A program made the position numbers and the translations under genes. Shown one piece after another: positions 1 through 13,475 of a DNA stretch of 60,000 bases. The stretch covers positions 44,828,001-44,888,000 of the forward strand of contig NC_087251.1 of the NCBI RefSeq assembly GCF_037042905.1, read 5' to 3'. The stretch's first letter is position 1. Each line of letters begins with the position of its first letter. Source of the DNA: Lytechinus pictus. Taxonomy: Eukaryota. The notes under the pieces were generated by a model. The model was not told the DNA's origin, made no database searches, and saw only the letters and a list, made by a program, of their open reading frames with translations.

Positions 1-663
1 TGTTTAGTCTGCAGTAGTTGAGCTCCTTGTGGCACCATTTACATAAAAGCTGTTTTGACTCATTGACCTATTTTCCCCTTCAGTTTGTCTGTTTCTTACA
101 TTAGTAATGTAAGTTCTGCTGTGTACATTACTGGTACAAATGCAAAGGTTATCCCAAGCACGTATGTATTGATATAGGCTGTTCCAGTAATGGCACATTT
201 TAGAACATGTTTTATCTGTTACAGAAAACCTTTAATTTGCAATGAAATGTTGAGTTCATTTATTAAAAGCCCAAGTCACCTAATATTATGTTCAAGTGGA
301 TGAAATGAGATATTATGCAAAGAAATGCCATGGAATATACCTTAAATATCTTGAATTCTCTTATTTTACATTCGATTTAGATGATATTTCCAACATTGAT
401 CATGTAAGATTTGTCTCTATTGAAATAACCTTGTCGTTGAAGTGGAACTTCAATTTCATTGTTGGAATAAGGATGTGAACTGATTTTTCCAACAAGAAAA
501 AAAATCATTTTAACTGCCTTTTCGAAAATTTGATATTTTGAACTTTGCAATAAGCAAATCATTAATTGTAGTTATTGGAAGAGCATTTTATGTTTTTTAA
601 TAAAAATTAAAAAACAAGGAAATTCCAATATTATGAGTTGTCTATTAATTTGTTTTTTAATAG

Positions 664-1797
<1,134 letters not shown>

Positions 1798-3300
1798 TCA
1801 ATTTCCAAGAAAGTAATTTGAAAAAGTATTGATGATATGAGGCTGAACATAAAGGCCCGTTTTCACAAAAAAGGTTTCAATTATACCGTGGTACAAAATC
1901 ATGGATTATGCAGATTTCTTGTATTGTCGCGCTTCCCTTTTAGCGCCCTTTGCGAAAAGCGCACATTAAGTTGAATTATTCGTAGTGTTTGAGGTGAAAT
2001 AAGCGTAATTATGTACAAAAATCTGCAGTACATGGTAATGTACCATGTTATAATTGAAATTTCTTTCGAGAATACGTGCCAGATTTCTTGATGTATCTGT
2101 TCAAATTATGTTAACACTTGTATGAAAGGGATGTTTTTTGACTGATGCTGCATAGTTTGCTATTTTTCTTTCTCACAGCTGATGTGGGTAAAACTCATTC
2201 TTAGAAAGGAGACTCCTTGATGAATATGACTTGATATCAAATTACAGGTCTTCTGTCGTGAAATATTATGAAAGGGTTACAGCTCAGTAAACATGATCAA
2301 GACTTATGTGAACTGAGGCAACAAGAAGTGCTTATTTAGTAGTGGGAGAACAGTGTAAAAGACTGCATCTACTGATTTCCTAAAATATATTATGTGTTTT
2401 TAAGTTGACTCTTTTTTTAGAACTTATGGATTTGGAATGGATAGTAGTCTCACTGTGTAAACCTCACATGACTGCCTTACAATTTATTCTGCTGGAATAA
2501 CAATTCAACTACCAGTATTTTATTGTGTACTGTAAGCAGGGTACTTCATAGACAGCTGAAATCCGTCTGGACGAGTTTTTTCCACATTTTTTTTTCTTGT
2601 ATGGAGAGATGTAGTGTGAAGATTCTTCATTTGTTTTCACTACGTGGGCGCGTTGTAGTCTACTGGTTCTGACTCTCGCCTTTTAAACAGACAGTTATTT
2701 TGGTGTAGCAAGTAATTAAAAAATTAAAACAGTACTACATTTCTTGTTTTTGCTTTCAACACTGAAATATATTTGATGATGTATAAATGTGTTACTCATT
2801 CATATCCCTTTCTTAGAATAATAATTTATACATTCATTATTCAGTTCAGTCATTGTTTTTACATGTATATTCTTTTCATTAAACTGCGCATCATGTTTGT
2901 TTTTTGTTTTTAAAGTATAAAGTCTAGTGGTGTTTCTTTGTGTATTTATATTATTTACTAATTTAAGGGCAGGTAGACATTGTTCCTTACCAAGCTATCT
3001 TGTGGCTTTTAATCAATAATAGATGAAGTTGTTTGTGCCTTTAATGGTTCCACAAAAGATTAAAAAGAAATAAGTGGGGAATAAATTCTTGTTTATTTTT
3101 CATTATTGAATTGAAGAAAGAAGTGAGTGTGAAATGATTTTAAATTACTTTTTATCATGAATTTCTATCATGGATAAATAAGTGGAATGAATTCTTATTC
3201 AGTTTTCATAATGAATATTAAGAAAGAAATAAGTGTTTGGTGTTGACCCTCTGCAGCTTCATACTCGAACCAACACAAGAGGTCATGCACACAAGCTTTA

Positions 3301-3532
3301 CAGTGGTGCTCAACAGTTAGTGAACCCCACTCGAATATGAACATATTTAAAGTGTTTCAAGTTCTGACATTGTTTAGATATTTAATTGTGAATTCAGGTG
3401 ATAAAATATTACATTCAATGAACTTTGTTTCTCTGGGCACGCTGTACATTGTAGTCTTTTCATCTACATTCAACAATTGAAATGAAGGAGTGTATTTTGT
3501 GATGGAGGTTCACTAACTGTTGAGAACAACTG
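3301..3532. mobile_element. Tc1/mariner-like MITE
   Basis: TIRs cagtggtgctcaacagttagtgaacc / ggttcactaactgttgagaacaactg, with a CAGT terminus preceded by TA. Confidence 0.65.
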
Positions 3533-5741
3533 TGTAAGATGAGAGCTAATAAGAATATTCACAAGAATCAACTCTTTACTTTGAGGATCTGTGATTTATG
3601 GAATAGTGTACCCGCTCACTGTTATTATTAAATAGGAATCTTCCTTATTTGGGAAAGAAAAAAAATCTGTTTTTAACTTTTCTGTTTCTGTTTTCAAGAA
3701 AACTTGTATGTAGTATTGCATAGGAAATCTAAGGATGTTCCTATTTCTTGGCTCTCAGGGATGGCAGGTATGGAAAAGTCTTCCTGAGATTGTTTGTATT
3801 CTAAGGATGTTATACAATAAAAAAAATTACGATTTCATAGTGTAGAATTGAAATTTGCTCATAAGATATTCTGTGGACTATTCAGATGTCACTTTATACC
3901 ACCAGGAGCTGGAGAAACTAGAGGAACCTGCATTCGTATACATGTACGGATGTACCTGTAACGGAACCTATAAAATCTTTTTTTTTGTATGAGTCTAAAG
4001 AATCGGCAATTCACAAGATCTAAACCGTCATCAATCACAGAGGTGTATCGTATATTGTTGTTGGGTATCAATGGAAGTTTGATATGAAATGCCGCATGAT
4101 GCACGGACATGCGCCGCTGCGCGCAATGTCAGGAGTTTTCATTGCGCTCAATAAAAATGATATTCATATCTTACTTTCACCAATATAAGAAGCCTTTATT
4201 TGTGTGTGAAATAAAAATCTTGACTTGGAGCAATTGGCAATTACCGGTACATTTAGCCTGGTGGTCTTGTACTGTTCTTTGTACCGATATTTTAGTTTTC
4301 ATCATGGGGTTTTGGTTTTAATTGTACGACTATTGTTTTGTTTTTAGCTTAAAGCAATAGTCCATAGTATATGAAATATTAATACTTAAAAGCTAAGTTG
4401 TTTGTCTTTGGTTTATCTTTGTCATTTTATGTGGGTTAAAAACATTAGTACTTTTTCGTTTTTAAAGGTGTTTGCCTCTTTCATGTACTGTTCATGTAAT
4501 ATTCACTTCTTGAATGTGAAACTAGTAGTAGATGAAGAGAATTGTGTTCTTTGTCATCTTTGAGCAATAGAATTGGAGTGGTAGATAAAAAAGAGAAAAT
4601 ATGATCGATAAACTAGAAAGTGCAAAGGGATGGCAGCTGTTCTCTGTTGCAGTGTCGTAATACTTTGATTGATAGATGGAATAATTGATTGATTGATTCA
4701 GATTCAGATTTTATTTCCAACAGAAATGGCATAAATATTGATACAAATCATTTTCATACATTTATAACAAATATTTACGATACAAATCATTGTCATTACA
4801 ATTATATTCAAAAACATATCAATGATAATTAACATATAAAGATATATACAAAATATGGTGCATTTTGTAGACAAATTATAAGATATAATCTAAATAGAAA
4901 AAAGGGTATCAGTGGAAATGGGAGATTCACTCAAAAGCATAGCTTGTATCGATAGATTGATTGATTGATTGATATGATGGATGGATTGGTTGATTTGCAG
5001 TGGTGTCATATGTTTGAATTTTATTGTGAAATACATGTATATGTGTATAATACATGTATTTCCATGCAAACGAGGTGTTGGGAAGAGTGAGTATTGCGAT
5101 AAAACTTGATTTCTTAAAAGGGGGAAGTCAGGAAAAGAAGAAGTAGAAGAGTTAAGATGAAAAAAATTAAGGAGATTAGAGACAAAAGGAGGAGAAAAGG
5201 GAGGGGAGAGAGAGAAGGAGGAGGAGAGAAGAAGAGATCGACCAAAGAGAAATAGAAGGAAGGGTAGGAGAGAAGAAGAAGAAAAGATGAACCTAGAGGA
5301 GATATGTCAGGAAGAAGACAAAAAAAAAAGGGGGAAAAATATTTTTATAATAAATTCCCAACATTTGATATGCATAGTAAACTTATTATCAGTATTATAA
5401 ATAAAATATATCCAGAGCCGGGGAGGATTTATTAACATCCGATCTTTCATCAAATAAAGTTCTTACATGAATAATTTAGAACAAACGAGGTCTGAGATGT
5501 GGCACGATCCTCAAAATAGTGTCTATATAATATTGGCACTTAAATCAAGTTGACACTATTTAGGTCGATCTACATGAGTAGAAACTAGAAGCGCTCGTGT
5601 TGTTACTTAATTGCCCCTCCCTTATATAAAAGCCACTCCTAGATTTTTCCCCCGAGGCTTTTTTCCCCCGGTATGTTTTATGTCCCCTTTTTTTTTTGGG
5701 GGGGGGGTGGAAATAGAATACATCCATTCAATCATACTGTG

Positions 5742-5752
5742 GCGCACGCGCA
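5742..5752 (+). promoter_or_regulatory. Candidate NRF1/P3A2-type site upstream of the SPTSSA-like gene
   Basis: GCGCACGCGCA matches the GCGCAYGCGC core and lies ~130 bp upstream of the ATG in a local CpG-containing patch. Confidence 0.35.
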
Positions 5753-5877
5753 GCATGCTTGCAAGGGCGTGGTTCTGAAATAGAATAAAACAAAACAAAC
5801 AACGTAAACAACTAGCAAGCAACGCGCCGTTTTGGAGAGAAGTAATTTACCGGCACTAAATTTACAAGAAGTCTATA

Positions 5878-7281
5878 ATGGAAGTGTTTCGTCGTTTGAA
5901 AGAGTACATTTGTTGGTTATATACTCAATACACCCTTGTGACTGCTGTTTATATGCTCGAACCAGCAGAAAGATATACTTTCAGTATCCTTTTCAACAAG
6001 CATAAAAAATGCATTGTCCCACACATTTATAATTATGTGGTGGTGGGAAATTTGCAACTCTCACTGCACTGGAAATCCAGTCTGCCACTGCCGGTCTCTC
6101 ACGCGGGCGCCACGGTATGTGGTGCACAGTTGGCATGGCTGGGTTAATAACTTAACTTGAACTTGACTTAAGAGTTAAGGCTGTCAGTATTAAGTTTAAT
6201 TTCTTTTATTGATTAAATAGACTTTAAAGGCCAGTAATTACCAGAGATGATATTTTACTTGGCGGAACAAACATACATCGGCAACTATTTTTAATTCTAA
6301 AAAAAAAAAGATTGTTTTTAACCTAATACTTAGTCGTTAGTACTTTGTTAGTTGATCTAACTGTTTTACGGCATATACCTGATTGTATTTGTTTGTCCAG
6401 ACAAAATGGCAAATTCAGGAACTTTGCGATCAATATTTCATCAAATTATTTATAAAATACACAACAATTATTAAAGAGCTCGAATTTCACAATTATTTTT
6501 GTTATTTAAATGCATGAGATATGAATTTTGAAAAAAGTCTTGAGCAAAGATGATGTATTTATCTGCTTATAAGTGTCTGGATATCAGACCCCCATCCTGT
6601 AAGTTTAATATGCAACCAGTCTGTTAGTTCGCCATCAGCAAATCAATTGCTGTATCGCTCATCTGTTACTCTGACCGTATTGGTTTTTTGAATTATTGGC
6701 AGTGTTAAAGAAGGATGTCTTGTGACATTTGATATTAATCCTTGAATGTTACAGCATTTGGAAAAAGATCCAGCAAAAGAAGGACTTTAGTGCAGTCATA
6801 GTTTGACTTGCTTGCTTCTCATTTGGTCCTTACTGTCCGAATATTAGCAGCCAAGTTTGCTTGGATGACGGTTTGAGAAGCCCCTACTCTGCAATCAAAG
6901 TGTTCCAATCTGCTGTTTGATGCAAGTTACCAATAGTTGACCAGTATCAAATTGGAGTTTAAATTACATATCATAGGCCTACCATTTTGAAAGAAGGGGT
7001 GATAGTTGTTATCAAAATAAGAGGGGTGGCATACTAAAGAAGATCTCGGTGCACGGAGAGGCTTTAATTACCCTAAAAATAATTAAATTTGATGCCTGTT
7101 TTCATTAAATTTCCTGATTCCCACAAGACTGATTGTTTTCCTTAACGATGGAACCTCAGATTCAATCATCGTGCTGACAATTCTAACTGCTGCCTACACC
7201 ACCTACATCTACCTGCCATCTCACTGTACCATGGTACTTGGATACCTTGGGTTGCTTGATGCCGCCTCTCCAACAACATGA
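5878..7281 (+). CDS. SPTSSA: Serine palmitoyltransferase small subunit (SPTSSA/B-like), 75 aa, 2 exons
   Basis: Exons 5878-5983 and 7160-7281 give MEVFRRLKEYICWLYTQYTLVTAVYMLEPAERYTFNSIIVLTILTAAYTTYIYLPSHCTMVLGYLGLLDAASPTT*, with the family motif W.Y.QY.LVTA.YMLEP.ER..FNS...Y.P.H. Confidence 0.92.
5984..7159 (+). other. U12-type (minor spliceosome) GT-AG intron
   Basis: The 5' splice site is GTATCCTTT. The branch point TTTTCCTTAAC (7136-7146) sits 13 nt before the 3' splice site, with no polypyrimidine tract. Confidence 0.9.
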
Positions 7282-10200
7282 CAGAAGATTGGATATGTGG
7301 GACTGGTAACAAGATGGCCGAGGATGAGATGCATTTGATTACAGACTCTGAGGGGTTTATTATGTCATGAAGAGGCTTAATGCTGATGGATGACGTTAGT
7401 GTTTCATGAAAGGACTTGTCGAAATGTTCTATCCGTTATGTCCGACAGTTGCCATAGGAACTGTGCTTCTCAGCCAATCATTATCAAGGGAAGTTGGCAG
7501 ATCTGACAACTTGGTCGGGCGGAAAGTGTTGATGAAATCAGCAGCTGCTCTCAAGTGCGACTGTGTTCTCCAAGAAATAGCTTACTGAATCTCCAATGAA
7601 ATATGTTTCATAGCCTCACTCACCGGATCGGAAAATGCATTGCTTAACGCTTATTGTGTCAACTCTTTTTTAGAATTCAATATTTTCAAACGAAAAGAAA
7701 GAAACAAAATTCCAAAAGGTACTTCCTCTTCTTTCCTCGCAATGTACAATTTTAGAAGATAGCCGTCTTTCTTTCACCATCCCCCTTTGCTTGCTTTGAA
7801 CTGTTTGTTTTCCAGTATAAATATCAAGTTCTTTTCCAAGAAATTTTTTTGTAGGGCTCTAGGCTAGAATGGGCTGTCTTTCTAATAAAATTCCAAGATG
7901 CTTCCTTATTCTTAGTTATGAATGTAATTTACCTTTCAGGCCTCTCCTGTAATGAATGTCATGATATTATTATAATTGTGTAAACGTATTGACCAGGGGC
8001 TCATTGCATAAAAGTCTTCATTATGGTTGCCCCGGGGACCTCGACACGTCTTAAGACAGTGTCGAGTACACTGTACACAGTACGTGTTCGGGCTGCCGCA
8101 GTAATCATTATGGTAACTTGGCCATGCGATTTTAACTTGCATCATACATGTAGAATCATTGATTTTGATTAGCTGCTGATCAGTGTTACCATGGTACATG
8201 TAGTTACCATTGGAGGGCAATTTTACCATATTTGTAGTAAGTTTTATGCAACAGGGCCCTGGGCTGGTATTCAATTTGATACCTCCGCCATAATTTTAAA
8301 TATTTTACTCAGTGTCTTGCTTAATTAAAATAGTTTTAAATAGGGCTTCAGCCTTATAGTTATAAATATGCTTCAGAATGGAGGCCTGGCTCTGAGGTCA
8401 GTAGTGCACATGCAGTCCTCCCTGGATGCTCACGGTGCTATCCTAGCAACAGTTCTACATGTAGTAATAATGGAGAGTGCAGACTGAAACACAGCACCGA
8501 CTATAAATTGTAGTACTGCTAATTCTTCCTTTAAAACAAAAATTTTCCTTTGTTTAAACAATACTGGGGCCCGATGCAGAAACAGTTGCGTTTAAACGTT
8601 ACGTAAGCCAAAAAATCAATCGCAAGTTCCAAATGCACGCTGGTTGAAAATCAAGTTGCGCATGATTTTTATAGTTGCGATTGATTGCAACTCTTTCTGC
8701 AATGCGCCCGTGAACATGTACCTGTACGGTACCTTTTAGTTTTCTCAATGATATCCATTTGACCATGTGAAGACCTAGATATTGATGATTACATGAAATA
8801 TCTTTCAAAAGTTAGCGAGTTTTAATAGAATGAAAATTGTACTAGGTCTGATGAAAAGTGCAATTTGGATTCTAGTGCGATACATCTTTTTATATAAAAT
8901 AAGGGGTAAATTATGGGTACATATTTGGATATTCCAAAATATATGTCCTTGTTGAAGAGAGTGAGAGGTGAATGGTTTTTTTTTTACAAAGTGACTGTGG
9001 TTGTCCATTTGGACTTTCACAGTGAATAGAATGTTTTCTTCCAAGTCTCTATGCCGTATGAAGTGTAATGAATCCATGATGCATACAAGTACAGTTGTAT
9101 GTGAATGAAGGTCATTTGCAGGATGTTGAGATCTTATAGTTATAATTCTGTTTTATTTCTTGTTCCTTTTTATGGTAATGGTAACGCAAGACATTTCTTA
9201 TATTGCTTTGTGATTCGACAGGGCTTTTTATGTTCAGGAGATATTTTGGGCCTCATTTCTCTGACTAGCAAATTTATTTAAATTATTTTTTTTTTGTAAT
9301 TTGCATACTATGGCAAATTGCTGTAAACAGATTGAGAAATCATTATAAGAAATTATAATACACAGCGAGGGATTTTTAGTTCTAAGTTCCATATTGCTTA
9401 CAAGGTGAACGGCTATCGGTATATCAATATAAAAGTTTCAACTTGCAGATTGATATTCTTAGAAAAGGGACTCGTGCTTTTCTGATTTTCATCTGGAAAC
9501 AGTGGAAATATTTTTTTTTTTAAGAATTCATTAACAGCTATTTGCCACACTGTTAAACTCCTACTCTTTTATGTCTAAATACTGGTACCTGTCAACTGAC
9601 TCAGTAGCAAAGACATTCTTCCATCTTGAAAGCTTTTAGAGGTCTCTGGGTCATACACGGAGCAACACATAACGCATGCAAAGTGATATCCTTTTAACTT
9701 AATATCCCAGTTTAGCTCGTTGCAAGAGCTTCTTTAGGGATTTCTTCTACAAGGATCAAGGTATTTAAGTACTGGTATTCTCACTCTTAAAATGGTATCT
9801 TCAGGCGTGTAGAATGTAAATTTTAACAAGGTCTTATGTTAAATTAAACTTGTCAACGTGTAGTGTAAATCTTCAGGATGCGATGCAAACAAAAAGAATT
9901 GAATGCAAATTCATAATGCCCTTGTACGAGATTTAATTGTAAATGTATCGTATCATGCATTTATTATTAATTGATGAACAATAATTCATTTGGATTAATG
10001 ACATCTGAAATACATATGGAAACATTTTCTTTTTTATTTCTCAAATTTCTTGCATTTGAAAGACGGATGTCAGCTACATGTAATAATACAAAATAGTATA
10101 TTTTTGTTGTTGTCAATGAAGTTTTTCATTATGTTTGGGTACTGGTTATAATTGATTTATGAGATACTTGAATGTGTATTTATAATAAATTTTCATATGA

Positions 10201-11289
10201 CAAGGAAAATATCTTGTTTGTTTCTTTTTTGTTGTTTCTTAAATTACATCCAGATATTGATTTTTTAAATAAATGTATCTATTAAAAAAATGTTTTTTTT
10301 TCTTATCATGTATTCCACTCTTGTTGTGTGTGTGTGTGAGGGTGTATGTGTAACTGATTTCATTGTTTTCTTTTAAGATATATATGATTCATTTTTATAT
10401 TAAGTTAGTGAAAAAAAAGTAAAAATATAAAATGTAAAGTATTATATGTGATTTGAAATGTTAAATTGAAATGTTATGTAACTATTTGTTCATGAAATCA
10501 TAATAAAAACAGTATTAAAAAAAATGTATGTGTACTCGGTCTCCCTTCTCCTTTCCCATCGTTATCTGTCTCTCTCCCCCTGTCTTTCTGCCTTCTCCCC
10601 TCCCTCCATCCATTCCCACCCCCCTCTCTTTAATTGGTAACTTAAAATGCTAATGAGATCATGTGTCCCCTCCCCCTTCTCTCTCTCTCTCATTTAAATT
10701 ATGTTTAGATCACTTGGTGAAGAGTTGGAAAACCATCCCGTGTAAAGACCTTGCATTTTCATCAAAGGGAGAAATCCTCCCGATTTTTGGTTGGTTCTGA
10801 CCTAAGTAAAACGAGAGAAACTTGTAGAGTGTTTGGCATTAGCTTTTTACCACATTGTTAAAATCCTGCTTGTTTTTATGTCTTATACTCTGCTTGAATG
10901 TGATTTTAGTTTTTGAATTTTAATTTAATGTGATTTTACTTAAGTAAATATTTGTAGTTAAGTATATAGTTTTAAGTTTTTTGTGTGTAAATTGTTATTT
11001 ATATGTATTTGTTTTTTATCGTGCAGGGCCCCTTGGTAGAGCAGTTTTGTAACTGAAAGGGCTACCCTGCTGAAATAAAACGGAAATAAATAAATATTTA
11101 ATTACCGGTACTTGTAAACTGACTAGGTAACAAAGAAGAATTGTCTTGCATTTCTTTCTCCGATTTCTGGTTCTTTTGACGGTCGGTAATGTTCTCAAAG
11201 GACAATGACTTGGTCCCGGACTTGGTCAGTTTATGAAGTGGCTTGAGAAAAATGTCTTGTATTTAAATATTTTTTTCAGGACAGTGTAG

Positions 11290-11902
11290 TTTTTGTCTCG
11301 CCTGCATAGCAGAGCGAGACTATAGGCGCCGCTTTTCCGACGGCGGCGGCGGCGTCAACAACATCAAATCTTCACCCAAGGTTCTGGTTTTGAAATGACA
11401 TCATAACTGAGAAAGTATATGGACCTAGTTCATGAAACTTTGACATAAGGTTAATCAAGTATTAGTGAACATCCTGCACGAGTTTCAGGTCACATGACCA
11501 AGGTCAAAGGTCATCTAGGGTCAATGAACTTTGGTCAAGTTGGGGGTATTTGTTGAATTACTATCATAACTTTGAAAATTTATGGATCTAGTTCATGAAA
11601 CTTGGACATAAGGTTAATCAAGTATTAGTGAACATCCTTCCTGAGTTTTCAGGTCACAAAACCAAGGTCAAAGGTCAGTTAATTGAAAGTTTATGGACAG
11701 AGTGAATGAAATGTGGACATGGGTGTAGTTGACAAGTCTTAAGTCACCGTTCAAATGTCATCTATGGTCAATGAACGTGGTTATTATGTCATTATATGAA
11801 TGGTGTTTTAGTGAATGATTATTTTATAGTAGTTTTCTGTAGCACCGCTGCTATATTAAATCGCGTAATGCAGGCGAGACTGCCAGAGGCGTTCCACTTG
11901 TT
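11290..11902 (+). mobile_element. Non-autonomous Helentron/HINE (DINE-1/pearl/Tsp-like) element with internal tandem repeats
   Basis: Starts tttttGTCTCGCCTGC, followed by (ggc)n and repeated core units containing aggtcaaaggtca. Ends with GCAGGCGAGAC (inverse of the 5' motif), a short GC-rich stretch and ttgtt. A second copy lies at 20451-22235. Confidence 0.75.
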
Positions 11903-12038
11903 TAGTTTTTGACGGCACTGCGAATTGTGCTCCCTCATAATTATGTTCTGATACATGATTTTAGCCCTGTTGTTATGATGGATAAATGAATTTTTTTTTT
12001 AAATGAAAATCAAGGATACGTCATAGTGGACTTCTTAA

Positions 12039-12610
12039 AGGGATGGTCCGGGCTGAAAATATTTATATCTTAATACATAGAGTATAATTCACTGAGCAAA
12101 ATGCCGAAAGTTTCATCAAAATCGGATAAAAAATAATAAAGTTATTGAAGTTTAAACTTTAGCAATATTTTGTGAAAACAGTCGTCATGAATATTCATTA
12201 GGTGGGCTGATGATGTCACATCCCCACTTTCCGTTTTCTTATGTTATTACATAAAATCATAATTTTTTCATTATTTCATACTTTTGTGAATAATATGTTT
12301 CCCTTATAATGAAATAAGTTGCAGCAATAAATATCTAATGCACTAAATCAGTTGTCAATCCAATTTTTCTAGTTCTTGGAGGAAAACAATTCAATAAACC
12401 TAATTTCATATAATAAAATACAAAAGAACAAGTGGGGATGTGACATCATCAGCCCACCTAATGAATATTCATGACGACTGTTTTCACAAAATATTGCTAA
12501 ACTTAAAATTCAATAACTTTGTTATCCGATTTTGCGGATGAAATTTTCGGCATTTTGCTTAGTAAATTCTACTTATTAAGCTATACATATTTTAGCCCGG
12601 ACCGGACCAT
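12039..12610. mobile_element. Long palindromic MITE (TTAA at left end, Kolobok/piggyBac-like target)
   Basis: The two halves are near reverse complements (agggatggtccgggctgaaaat ... attttagcccggacc, and gtcgtcatgaatattcattaggtgggctgatgatgtcacatcccc with its inverse). Confidence 0.8.
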
Positions 12611-13475
12611 ATTTAGGTGAGCTTTGTGTATATAAATGGCGCCCAAAAATAAGTCAAATTTTTTTTTGAGGGGCCAGACACGGAGTAAGGGGGAATATAT
12701 ATATCCCTATATCCCCCTTTTTTCTTAGTCGTGATTTTTTTTTACTCTCAAGTCCAATTTCCATTATAGGTTTCCTCTATTCCAATGCCTTACAGTCCGG
12801 GTTTTTTTTTTTCTTTCAAAAGAGGGTGTAATCACGGACGGTACAAGACGAGCTTTGAGATGCGAGTTTGGAATAATGAGAAACGAGGAACGAGCCACAG
12901 GGATGACGCAGATTGTGAGATAAGATTTGACAATGAAACGATGGTTGGAAAGAGATGAAACAAAAGTATGAGATGAGACATATAGTTGAGCTTTGTGGAC
13001 TTGGTGTAAATTATAATCCCAGTTTTCTTAGTTACATGAGCAAAACATTTTTTAATTCAAATTCGGGGAAATTTCATAAAAATAAAAACTAAGTGAATTT
13101 TGCCTAAACCTATAGCCCCCCTAATTTTTTTCACTGTAAATCTGTAGCGCGAAATATCGTCCCAAGACACCTCATGACTATTTTTCAAGTCTTGCATGAC
13201 TGTTTTTCAAGTCTCTGGGACGCGGTTTCGAAGTTACGTAACATTTTTAAGTGCATGTCAGACAGAAAATTATTCATAAACTGGGAAAAATGCACTCATT
13301 TCGAGCCCGTTTCGAGCAAAAAAGTCGCCTAGATATACCGGTACCGTATCTCGCCCACTGGCCTTGCGCCCTCTGTCGATCTGTTGTAACGTGACTAGCA
13401 TTTTCTGAGCCGATTCTACATTCTGCGAACAAAACTGACGTCGTTTTATCCAGATTTTGTAGCACTAACATCACT

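Noticed and set aside
13391..13400. Antioxidant response element (Nrf1/NFE2L1-type) in the PSMA3 promoter
   Set aside because: GTGACTAGCA has only two bases between TGAC and GC; the consensus TGACnnnGC needs three.
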